A DNA stretch of 64,000 nucleotides from Thiohalocapsa sp. (GCA_028277725.1 JANQFX010000118.1:241-64240), one strand, 5' to 3'; shown: positions 31,896 to 40,648, numbered from the stretch's first letter. The notes: generated by a model not told the origin, from the letters alone. Numbers and translations: made by a program.

Positions 31896-32344
31896 GCTAT
31901 GGCCAGAACCAACAGGGCCAGATGATGGGTTACCCGGCCGGTCAGATGCCAACGGGCCAGATGGGCGCCGGCCAGATGGGCGTTGGCATGCAGCAGGCGA
32001 TGGGCGGCACCCCGATTGGTGCGAATATGGCTGCGCAGATCCAGTATCCGCAGTCCGGGTATGTGCAGCCGGGCTACTATGTCGCGACCTATCAGCCCTA
32101 TCCGCAGCAGCAGCCCAGCCTGCTGTCTGGGCTCACCACCGACCGCTTCCTGAAGGGCCTGCTGGTGGGCGCCGCGGCGGCCTACATCCTCACCAACGAG
32201 TCCGTTCAGCGCACGGCCATCAAGGGTGCGGTCAAGGCGTGGACGACCGTGCAGGGCGGTCTGGAGGAGGTCAAGGAGCGCTTCCAGGACGCCGAGGCCG
32301 AATTGCACGCGGCCGAGGCCGCGAAGCCCTCGAACGCCGGTTAG
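31892..32344 (+). CDS. Q/G/M/Y-rich N-terminus plus GxxxG helix and coiled coil (YtxH/FezA-like)
   Basis: AAGGAG RBS; ATGA overlap; 'FLKGLLVGAAAAYILTNESVQ...EEVKERFQDAEAE'. Immediately precedes the ATPase. Confidence 0.75.
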   Translation: MSYGQNQQGQMMGYPAGQMPTGQMGAGQMGVGMQQAMGGTPIGANMAAQIQYPQSGYVQPGYYVATYQPYPQQQPSLLSGLTTDRFLKGLLVGAAAAYILTNESVQRTAIKGAVKAWTTVQGGLEEVKERFQDAEAELHAAEAAKPSNAG

Positions 32345-32393
32345 GGACGCGCCTCAACCCAGACAGAGCAGTTGACCGCGCTGGCTCCTTACG

Positions 32394-34538
32394 ATGTCGA
32401 GCATGGATTATCACATCGTACACGAGTTGCCGGGCCGGTTGCGGCTGCGCATCCCGTCCATGGGCGAGCCCGGTTACGAGGCGTCCTATCTCGAGTCCTG
32501 GATGGACGTGGCGGCGCCCGTGCAGGAGGTCCGCTGTAATCGCGCCTCCAGGTCGCTGGTGATCATCTTCGAGCAGCGTGATGGGGCCAGGGACGCGATT
32601 CTGCGCCGGCTGGACGCCTTTTCCCCGGAGCAGATCCCCGGCTTCAGTGAGGACGGCGTCCGCGACGCCGAGGTCGCGCCGATGATCACCACGGCCGCGA
32701 CGATCGCCCTGCTTCCCTTCCTCCCTCCGGTCATGCAGCGGCTGCTGACCTTCGTCAACGTCAGCTCCACCCTCGCCAAGGGGGCCGATACCCTGGTGAA
32801 CGAAGGGGTCAAGATGGAGGTGCTCGACGCCCTGGCCGTCGGGCTGGCGGCGGGCAAGGGGGAGGTCTACACCGCCAACATCACCGACTTCCTGCTGAGC
32901 CTGGGCGAGTTCCTGGAGCGGCGCACGGAGCGCCAGTCCGACCGCCTGCTGCGGCGCCTGTTGCGCCCGGAGCCGGCCATGGCCTGGGTGGAGCGCGACG
33001 GCGAGCTGGTGCAGGTGGCCGGGGACGAGGTGCTGGCGGGCGAGATCGTCAGCGTTGGCGTCGGAGAGACCATCCCGGCGGATGGGCGCGTGGTGGAAGG
33101 TGCCGCGCTGGTCAATCAGGCGGCGGTCACGGGTGAGGATGTGCCTGTGCGTCGCGAGGCGCCGAAGCGGGTCATCGCCGGCTCGACGCTGGTGGAAGGC
33201 CGCATCCGCGTGGAGGCGACCCATGTCGGCGACGACACCACCACGGCGCGGGTCTCGCGCTTCATCCAAGACTCCCTGAGCAAGCAATCGGATACGCAGC
33301 GGCTCGCCGAACGCCTTGCCGACAAGCGGGTCTATCTGACGCTGGGCACGGGTGGCCTGGTCTATGCCCTGACCCGCGACCTGACCCGGCTGCAGGCGGT
33401 CTTTTTGGTGGACTACTCCTGCGCGCTCAAGCTCGGCACACCGGTGGCGTTCAAGTCCGGCATGTACCGGGCCGCGGCACACGGCGTGCTGATGAAGGGT
33501 GGCGATGCCATCGAGCACCTGGCCGCGGTGGACACCGTCGTCTTCGACAAGACCGGTACCCTGACCCATAGCGACCTCATCGTCACGGACGTGGTCGTGC
33601 TCGGCAACGGCGAGACCTGTTCCGAACAGGACCTGCTTGCGCTGGTGGCCTCCGTGGAGGAGCATGCAAGCCACCCGGTCGCCAAGGCCGTGGTGGAGGC
33701 CGCCCGCGAGCGCGATCTGCAGCACATCTCCCACGGCGAGGTGGACTACATGGTCGCCCACGGCATGGCCGCGGATATCAAGAAGGGCGGGCGCATTTTC
33801 GTCGGTAGCCGGCACTACCTCGAGGAACACCTCGACATCCACTTCGGCCGCTTCGAGCAGCGCATCGAAGCATTCCAGGAGGAGGGCAAGACGCTGCTGT
33901 TCGTCGGCAACCAGGACGGGCCCGTGGGCCTGGTCGCCCTGCGCGACACCCTGCGAGAGGACGCATCTACCGCGCTGCAGCGGCTGCGCACCCTCGGCAT
34001 CGAGCGACTGGTCATGATCACCGGTGACCGCCGCAACAAGGCCGAGGCCCTGGCGCGCGAGGTGGGCATCGACGAGGTGTATGCCGACATGCGCCCCGAG
34101 GAGAAGGCCGGCGTCATCCAGCGACTCCAGCAGGAGGGGCGCAAGGTCGCCTTCGTCGGCGACGGTGTCAACGATGGGCCCGCCCTCGCCACCGCGGAGG
34201 TGGGCATTGCCATGCCGCGTGGCGCAGACATCGCCCGGGCCACCGCCGATATCGTGCTGATGGACGATCGCTTGGACGTGGTCGCGGACGCTCGCGAGAT
34301 TGCGACTAAGACCATGCGCATGATCCGCGGGAACTTCAACGCCGCCGTCGGCATCAATACCGGCGTACTGGCCGGTGCCATCATGGGCTGGCTGTCCCCG
34401 GTGGCTAGCGCGGTGCTGCACAATGGCACCACCATCGGTATCCTGCTCAATGCCCTGCGCGGCGTGCAGCTATCCAGCGACGCCGAGCAGCCGTTGGGCC
34501 GGCGGGTAACCGCATTTCGGGATTCGCTGGCCGAGTAA
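32394..34538 (+). CDS. fezB: Heavy-metal P-type ATPase, P1B-6 / FezB type
   Basis: N-terminal 'HELPGRLRLR', TGE, DYSCALKL in place of CPC, DKTGT, HP, TGD, GDGVND and HNGTT. Start may be 32403. Confidence 0.85.
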   Translation: MSSMDYHIVHELPGRLRLRIPSMGEPGYEASYLESWMDVAAPVQEVRCNRASRSLVIIFEQRDGARDAILRRLDAFSPEQIPGFSEDGVRDAEVAPMITTAATIALLPFLPPVMQRLLTFVNVSSTLAKGADTLVNEGVKMEVLDALAVGLAAGKGEVYTANITDFLLSLGEFLERRTERQSDRLLRRLLRPEPAMAWVERDGELVQVAGDEVLAGEIVSVGVGETIPADGRVVEGAALVNQAAVTGEDVPVRREAPKRVIAGSTLVEGRIRVEATHVGDDTTTARVSRFIQDSLSKQSDTQRLAERLADKRVYLTLGTGGLVYALTRDLTRLQAVFLVDYSCALKLGTPVAFKSGMYRAAAHGVLMKGGDAIEHLAAVDTVVFDKTGTLTHSDLIVTDVVVLGNGETCSEQDLLALVASVEEHASHPVAKAVVEAARERDLQHISHGEVDYMVAHGMAADIKKGGRIFVGSRHYLEEHLDIHFGRFEQRIEAFQEEGKTLLFVGNQDGPVGLVALRDTLREDASTALQRLRTLGIERLVMITGDRRNKAEALAREVGIDEVYADMRPEEKAGVIQRLQQEGRKVAFVGDGVNDGPALATAEVGIAMPRGADIARATADIVLMDDRLDVVADAREIATKTMRMIRGNFNAAVGINTGVLAGAIMGWLSPVASAVLHNGTTIGILLNALRGVQLSSDAEQPLGRRVTAFRDSLAE

Positions 34539-34649
34539 CAGCCATCCACAAGGGCCGCCGCTCCAGGGACGGTTGATCGCGAGACCCGTGTCGGCGTGAC
34601 CGGCCGCGGTCTGAGCCTTGTGGCCCTAGTCATTCGAGGACACCAATCG

Positions 34650-34811
34650 ATGCCTTTCCCACTCATCCCCTTCCTGTCGGGTGCGGCCTTCGGTTCCGCG
34701 CTTACCTATCTGTTGACGCGCAGGTCCGAGGTCATCGAACTCAGGCCGCCGCAAACGACCGCCGGCACGGAAAGCGCTGCCGACAAGGGCAGCTCGGCCG
34801 GCCCTGCTTGA
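34650..34811 (+). CDS. Small GxxxG membrane protein
   Basis: GAGGA RBS; MPFPLIPFLSGAAFGSALTYLLTRR. Confidence 0.55.
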   Translation: MPFPLIPFLSGAAFGSALTYLLTRRSEVIELRPPQTTAGTESAADKGSSAGPA

Positions 34812-34901
34812 GCCCGGCCGGCCGGGCTCCGCGTGAGGAGATCTGGGTTCGAGACCTGGGTTCAGGAAAGCTCGTCCTGGCAATCGGCGCAGGCAGTGGC
34901 T

Positions 34902-35693
34902 TCAGGCGATGGGCTCCGGCGCCAGGGCATGGGCCGCGAGACCTCCACCGAAGCGCTCGCGCATCCTCGTCAGCAGAGGCGCTCGATCAGCGTTTGGCGA
35001 GCGCAATAGCCGCTGTGTGGCCGGCCCCCAGGCGTCGGGTCGGCCTGCGGGTAGGGTCCTGACCCTGGCGCTGCCGGATGCCTGGCCTTTATCGGTCGCG
35101 GACCGAGTCTGGCGCCCCGTCCTAGCGCCTTGTGCGGGCATGTGCCGAGTCCATTCCTGCCACCAGCAGCGCACCGTCGAACGCAGGAGCCAGACCGTGA
35201 GGCGGCGCTGCACCGCGCACCAGGGGCAACTCGTGGCCTTGCGAGGGCCGCAGCGGTCGCGTGGGCGGATCATGGCCGGGGGATGTGTCCGCGCCTTGCC
35301 CCGTTGCCGCGCTGGGCCTGGTCGAGGGGCGCGTCGCCATTGGTGCCCGCTCCAGAATGCGTTCCCGCTGCCTTTGCCCTTACGACGATCGAGCGGCGCT
35401 TCATCGCGCTCTGATGCGTTGCTTTGACATGGGGTGCTGCGCAGGCGCTCCGGGGTCAAGGTTACCGGGTCGTAGCGCACCACCAGGCTCGCGCAGCGCA
35501 TATTGAGGCGTACGGAGTGCACCCCCGGCTGGCGTGCCATGGTGGCGGCGATGTCCTGCATCCAGGCCGCCTCGAGGCTGGCCTTGTCGCGTGTGCCCGC
35601 AGTCCGCCCTGCGGCGTTCGGCGGCCGTTGTTGCGGCGGCGACTGGATACGGAAGCGGACCCTTCCCGGTACCTGATGGCGTATTTGGAGCAT
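34902..35693 (-). CDS. HMA2-type domain protein with an Arg-rich CPWC-containing extension
   Basis: 'IRHQVPGRVRFRI...GVHSVRLNMRCASLVVRYDP' is paralogous to 29119 and to the ATPase N-terminus. Confidence 0.6.
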   Translation of the reverse strand: MLQIRHQVPGRVRFRIQSPPQQRPPNAAGRTAGTRDKASLEAAWMQDIAATMARQPGVHSVRLNMRCASLVVRYDPVTLTPERLRSTPCQSNASERDEAPLDRRKGKGSGNAFWSGHQWRRAPRPGPARQRGKARTHPPAMIRPRDRCGPRKATSCPWCAVQRRLTVWLLRSTVRCWWQEWTRHMPAQGARTGRQTRSATDKGQASGSARVRTLPAGRPDAWGPATQRLLRSPNADRAPLLTRMRERFGGGLAAHALAPEPIA

Positions 35694-35735
35694 GGCTGAC
35701 TCGAGAAAAACACATTGATCCTGTCCGCGTACTCT

Positions 35736-35754
35736 ATTGCGAATCGCTTGCATT
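35736..35754 (-). promoter_or_regulatory. Putative Fur box
   Basis: ATTGCGAATCGCTTGCATT, an AT-rich 19-mer about 43 bp upstream of the 35693 start. Confidence 0.5.
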
Positions 35755-36110
35755 AGCAATGATGCGTCGGATGTCCTATGCTCGAGGTGTCCGAGTCTAA
35801 CCGGGAGTCCGTGTAGCTGATGCGAAGCGATTCTGACAAGACATGCAAGCGTCGCGCGCCGTCGGGCGCGGGGGGCGTTTGCGAGGGTTCCAGCCCTGAG
35901 GGCGGCCCGGTTGCACCGGCTTCGCAGTTTCGCCGCCGTGCCTGGCGCTGGTTTGCCCAGACGGTCCGGGCGATGCCTTTGACGGGACGCGGACGCCGCT
36001 GGGCACTGCTGAGAGCCCTGGCGGCGGAGCGGGCGACGACCGGGCCGCGTGGCCGGTGAGTCGAGCCTGAACGGCGACCGTAGGACCGGACGCCCTGTCT
36101 TGAGGTCCGG

Positions 36111-37090
36111 CTATTTCGTCGCTCCGCCTGCTGAGGTCGCGCCATACCATCGCTCCACGGTGTCGAGCAGGGACTCGCGGGAGAGCGGTTTGGTGACGAA
36201 GTCGTCCATGCCTGCGTCCAGGCAGCGCTGTCGCTCCTCCTCCAGGGCCTGGGCGGTCAAGGCGATGATGGGAACGCGTCCGGCGGGGCTTGCGAGCCTG
36301 CGCACGCGGCGGGCCGTCTCCACACCGTCCATCACGGGCATGTCCACGTCCATGAGCACGCAGCCGAGGGGGCCAGAGCAGATCGTTTCCAACGCCTTGG
36401 CGCCGTCGTCAGTACGGCATAGCCTGCCTTCTTCAGCATCGCCTTGGCGATGGCCGTATTCGTCGGCACGTCGTCCATCACCAACACCGGCAGCGCCGCC
36501 TTGTCGTCCGTTCCCTTGTCGAAACTTGGGGTGCGGCAGGGAGGGATAGGGTCCGGTTTCCGGTCGGCGCGCCGGTGTCGACGGCATGGCCAAGCAGATT
36601 GACCAACACCTGGCGCAGGCGCAGCGGGTCCAATAGCGCGACCCTGGGCAAGGTCTTCGTCCAAGGCCGCCCGCACGTCGTAGCCCTTGGCCTGCGCGAT
36701 GGGGTGTACAACGTCCGCGGCGGCGCGCACCGCATGCAGGATGATGCGTAGGTACGCCAGGTCCTCGTTGGCCAGGACGCCATCGGCAAAGCTGTCCAGG
36801 GAGGCCAAATCCTCGGACAGCACGGCGTCGCGGGCGAGCACGGCGAAGTTGGTCGTGACGTCGTTTGCCCGTGCGGCGAGGCCGTCCTGATGTGCCTGGG
36901 CCAGGAAGTTGAGGCTGGAGCCCACCAGGAGGCCGAGCAGCAGGAACTCGATCAGGGCAATGCCGAGGACGGTCTTTGCCCGGAAGAACAAGTGCCAAGA
37001 GCGTCGCCGCGGTGCGGGCGAGCCGTCGGGGCGGGGTTGCGCCCGAGACCGCTCCGATGCAGGTGCCGGGCCTGGATCAGGTCTGGTCAT
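36111..37090 (-). pseudogene. Decayed hybrid sensor histidine kinase / response regulator
   Basis: TM and sensor start (KTVLGIALIE...DAVLSEDLASL), HATPase N-box (DPLRLRQVLVNLLG) and receiver (VLVMDD...VLMDVDMPVMDG...TKP) lie in three different frames. HisKA and G-boxes are missing. Confidence 0.8.
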
Positions 37091-37602
37091 TCGACCGTCG
37101 CGTTCTTGCCGTCCAGCAGATCGATCTGAAGGGCGCGGACGTCGTCCCAGTCCGTGTCGGTTGCTTGCTCGATGCCAGCGAAGCCGATGCCGTCGAGCAG
37201 CGCCTGCCCCGCGTGGTCGTCGGCCATGGCGACCATGGCATCCCGCAGCCGCGCGATGGCCTGGGGGGCGATGCGGGGGTGCGCGGCGAAGGCGAGGTAG
37301 CCGGGCTCCTCATGGAAGACCGTGTAGTGGTAGGGGTTCATGTACGCGAGATCGTACTGACCCGCCGCCAGCCGTTGCTCGAAGGTCGGGATGTCAGGCG
37401 CCGTGCGAAAACCGACGGCGATGCTCGAGCGCTCACTGAGGGCCCGAAAGATCGGCGACCAAACCGCCGCGAGCTCGGCCGCGGCCTGCTGCGGCACGAC
37501 GCCGAAGGAGAGCGGCTCGTCGGCATCGGCCGCGTTGGCCGTCGAGAGCGAGCACAGGAGCACCGGCAGCAGCGCCAGCGAGCGGACGGCAGAAATGGGC
37601 AT
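37087..37602 (-). pseudogene. Phosphate/phosphonate-binding (PhnD-like) protein with an in-frame internal deletion
   Basis: Signal peptide, 'FGVVPQQ' and 'DLAYMNPYHY', then a direct jump to 'AFAAHPR'. Only 171 aa, lacking the central lobe. Confidence 0.65.
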
Positions 37603-37874
37603 AGTTTGGGATCCTACTGGAGACGCTGATGATTCTGGGATTGTTGGCCATCCATCACCAGAGTCCGCAAGAAATCGGCCGCCGTGGTGTTGTGTCCGCT
37701 CGTTGTCAGTGACTTGTGTCACTCAAGAATCCGGAGCATCCCCCCCCGCAACGGAAACGGCGACCCATCAGCGGTTCCCCGGGGTGTTCACGCGCAGCGT
37801 TCGCCCCGACCAGATTGTCATCGGCCCCAACTTGCTATCATCGCGGTTCCACCACGCGATACCCGGAAGTCGAC

Positions 37875-38267
37875 ATGGCGTTGGCGCAGGAAGACATCCA
37901 GTTCATCAAAGACCATCTCGGCGAGTGGCTGGCGGAGCAATCCCTCGGCAAGCCGCCGGCCGTCTACGAGATCGAGCTGCGTGAGCGCATGGTGCGTGTC
38001 GAGGAAGAGCTCAAGCACCAGCGCGAGCTGATGCGCGAGGGGTTTGCCCAGATGGACCAGCGCCACCAGGAGCTGCGCCAGGACATGGCGGCGCGCTTCG
38101 AGCAAGTCGACAAGCGCTTCGAGCAAGTCGACAAGCGCTTCGAGAGCGTGCAGCAGGACATTCGAGAGCTGCAGCGGCGAATGGACCGGTTCATGATCTG
38201 GTCCTTCGGCACCACGCTCGGCGCTGCTGGCCTGGTTGTCACCTTGGTCAAGTTCTGGAACCCCTGA
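37875..38267 (+). CDS. Coiled-coil heptad-repeat protein with a C-terminal TM
   Basis: RFEQVDK repeats (21-bp tandem at about 38093-38144) and C-terminal 'FMIWSFGTTLGAAGLVV'. Confidence 0.8.
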   Translation: MALAQEDIQFIKDHLGEWLAEQSLGKPPAVYEIELRERMVRVEEELKHQRELMREGFAQMDQRHQELRQDMAARFEQVDKRFEQVDKRFESVQQDIRELQRRMDRFMIWSFGTTLGAAGLVVTLVKFWNP

Positions 38268-38860
38268 GCGTCAAAGCCGGGGCTGACTCCAGGACCTGAA
38301 GACGCACTCCATGAGCGCGAGTAGCCGTCCGAATCGACCGAGACACCGTCCGCGCTCTTGGCATCGTCGACACAAAGAGATCGACCGGTCACGGGCGTTC
38401 AGGATATGCGCTTCCAGCGCGCGGATGATGTTCGCCCCGGTGGCTTTGTGGCGACGCTGAAGCGGTTGCGTTCCGAGGGCCCTGATGCGTTCTCTATTGA
38501 GCCCGTCAGTCACTGCGGCAGCTATGGCTGCCGCGTCTGGGTGTTGACGCGCAGGGCGGCGGCGCGTGCGCCCGGGCCCCCGCTGGCGGAGGGACAGGTG
38601 GCGCTTCAGCAACTGGCCTTTTCGGACTTGCCCCCGCTGAACCACCGGCACAAACCCCGCCTGGCCGACACCGCGTCCTAGCTGCAGCACGCGGACGCGC
38701 CGGACCCGGCCTATGGCGGCGACATCGAGGCTTTCTTCATCGACGTGCTGATGCGTAGGACCTGACCACGAAACGACCGACGCCGAGCACGCATGGAGAC
38801 ATCGGTTGCAAGCGCCTGCCCAGTGTCCGAGCCGCGCCTAACCCAACGGCCAGAGCCCAC

Positions 38861-39877
38861 TCAGGCCTCCAGCGCATTCATCAGCGAGCACCAGAAATGT
38901 GGCTCGTCACCGTTGTTGGCGTCCGCGGCGATGACGGCCAAGGCGCGACCGTCGCCGTCGTAGAGCCGGAGCTGTCGGCCGGCCCTGCCACAGGCGCCGG
39001 TGCCGAGCACCCAGGCGCTGTCGATGGCCTCTGGGTCGATCTCGATGGCGGTATCGTCGCTGGCCAGGCGCAGGCTGCGCGCCGAGAGGTCGAAGCGGTG
39101 GAAGATCGCTCTTCGCCGCAGCGCCAGCGCATCGGAGCCCGTGGTCACGACCAGTGGCAGCAGCTCGTCGCTCATGGCACGCAGCGCATGGGGGATCAGC
39201 GCGGGATCGACTGCGACGACCTTGCGGCCGAGTTGGGCCCGTTCTCGGCGCAGCCGGGCGAGCTGCAGGGCGACCTGGCCGGTCAGTTCGGCGGTGTCCT
39301 GGAAGTCCGGCGCACCGTCGTCTCCGATTCCGTCTAGAGCGTCGGTCGCATGCACCGCTTGGGCAGTTTCGGGACTGGAGGTGGGGCGCTGGGCGGATGC
39401 GGACGATCCCGTCGTCGCGCTGGCCGGCGTGACCCGCAGGGCACGACCGCAGGTGGCGCCGACGACGATTTGCCAGAGCCTGGTGTCCCTCGCGTTCACT
39501 GGCAGCAGGCGGAGCACCGGCTGGCCCAGGTTGTCCTCCAGTATCAGGCAATCGCGGGCGGTTGTGGTGGCGATGGCGTGACAACGATCCAACAGCAGGC
39601 GCAGGGACCGAGCCTCACCCGGAAGGGTGGCGACGCGCCCGACGATGCGCAGCGCCGACAGATCCACTCGGTCCTCGATGCGCAGGCTCTCCGTCGCGCT
39701 CTCGAGACGGACCTCCCCTAGTAGGGCCAGGTCGAACAGGAACTCGAGCCAATGGCCGTTCAGGCGTGACGCCGGTGTGGACGCGCTTCGGCCGTGGCGC
39801 GCAGACGGCGCGTTGGATGCGGGTCGGGTTGCGGCGGCAGCGCCGCGGTCGTACGCGTGCAACGCAGTCACGGACAT
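38861..39877 (-). CDS. Divergent HemS/PhuS/ChuS-like protein
   Basis: Two-repeat architecture: 'LFDLALLGEV', 'LRLLL', 'IDSAWVL', 'LRLYDGDGRALAVI' and 'WCSLMNAL'. AAGGAGG RBS. Confidence 0.6.
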   Translation of the reverse strand: MSVTALHAYDRGAAAATRPASNAPSARHGRSASTPASRLNGHWLEFLFDLALLGEVRLESATESLRIEDRVDLSALRIVGRVATLPGEARSLRLLLDRCHAIATTTARDCLILEDNLGQPVLRLLPVNARDTRLWQIVVGATCGRALRVTPASATTGSSASAQRPTSSPETAQAVHATDALDGIGDDGAPDFQDTAELTGQVALQLARLRRERAQLGRKVVAVDPALIPHALRAMSDELLPLVVTTGSDALALRRRAIFHRFDLSARSLRLASDDTAIEIDPEAIDSAWVLGTGACGRAGRQLRLYDGDGRALAVIAADANNGDEPHFWCSLMNALEA

Positions 39878-39974
39878 ACCAGTGTGCCTCCTTAGATCTT
39901 GGTCGAGACCGAGAGTGAGCGGGGAACCCTGGCTGGCCGCCGACGACGGGTCGGGAGGCTGGCGGATGATACTT

Positions 39975-39993
39975 AACGAGAACTATTCGCGTT
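39975..39993 (-). promoter_or_regulatory. Putative Fur box
   Basis: AACGAGAACTATTCGCGTT, adjacent to TTGATAATC, about 100 bp upstream of the HemS-like gene. Confidence 0.55.
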
Positions 39994-40210
39994 GATAATC
40001 TAGGCGGCAAACCGCGCCACGTCAATTGATATGGAGCAAACGGATAGGCGCGACCGCCCAGCAGCAGGCGAGCATAGGTCGAGGCCGTGGCCGGCGTCCG
40101 AGGTCGAAGGGCAGAGGAGGGCCTCGCGTGAAGTCGCCGGGCGTATGCCGTCGGGTGGCGACCAGCGGGGAGCGGTTGGGCGTCCGTTTGGCTACCCAGC
40201 GTTCGGACAC

Positions 40211-40234
40211 AAAAAAGCCCGCGCGAGGCAGGCT
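40211..40234 (-). terminator. Rho-independent terminator after tRNA-Leu
   Basis: Minus strand: AGCCTGC-CTCGC-GCGGGCT hairpin followed by a T run. Confidence 0.7.
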
Positions 40235-40299
40235 CTTCTGCGGTGTCGCGCGTCAGATCGCGTTCGATCTACCGCTGAGCAACGAGACCTTCCGGAGTA

Positions 40300-40386
40300 T
40301 GGTGCCGAGGAGAGGACTTGAACCTCCACCTGGTTTCCCAGACATGGACCTGAACCATGCGCGTCTACCAATTCCGCCACCTCGGC
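40300..40386 (-). tRNA. tRNA-Leu (CAG)
   Basis: GCCGAGG/CCTCGGC acceptor stem, CATGG-TTCAGGT-CCATG anticodon arm, long variable arm, GGTTCAAGTCC and 3' ACCA. Confidence 0.95.
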
Positions 40387-40648
40387 AAAGGGGGCATGCG
40401 ACGGGCGATGTGTACCACCATCCGCCAAGCCTTGGCATGATAGTGAGACAGGAGGTCCCTGTCAACGCTACACTAGCGCGGATTCCGAGTCGGTCAGCCA
40501 TGCCCGGCATCGGCGGGCCCGCGAGTGTCCAGGTCATGGGCAGCCGCAGGGCCCGGGCGTTTCCGTCGCCCGGCTCCCTTTCGCCGGCGCGCCGGAACTG
40601 CCCGGGCCCCGAGCCCGGCACTTGTTCCAGGACATCCGCGGAGATCAC

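Noticed and set aside
29119-34811. Magnetosome island (MamC-like genes, with feoAB nearby)
   Set aside because: No recognisable core mam genes. The ATPase, HMA2 and GxxxG content fits a ferrosome-type cluster better.
38358-38766. ORF fragments between the coiled-coil gene and the HemS-like gene
   Set aside because: Interrupted by a stop at 38679-38681 with no recognisable motif; possibly a remnant, but it cannot be assigned.
25256-40299. Active integrative element or prophage
   Set aside because: No integrase, transposase, phage genes or att direct repeats were noticed.
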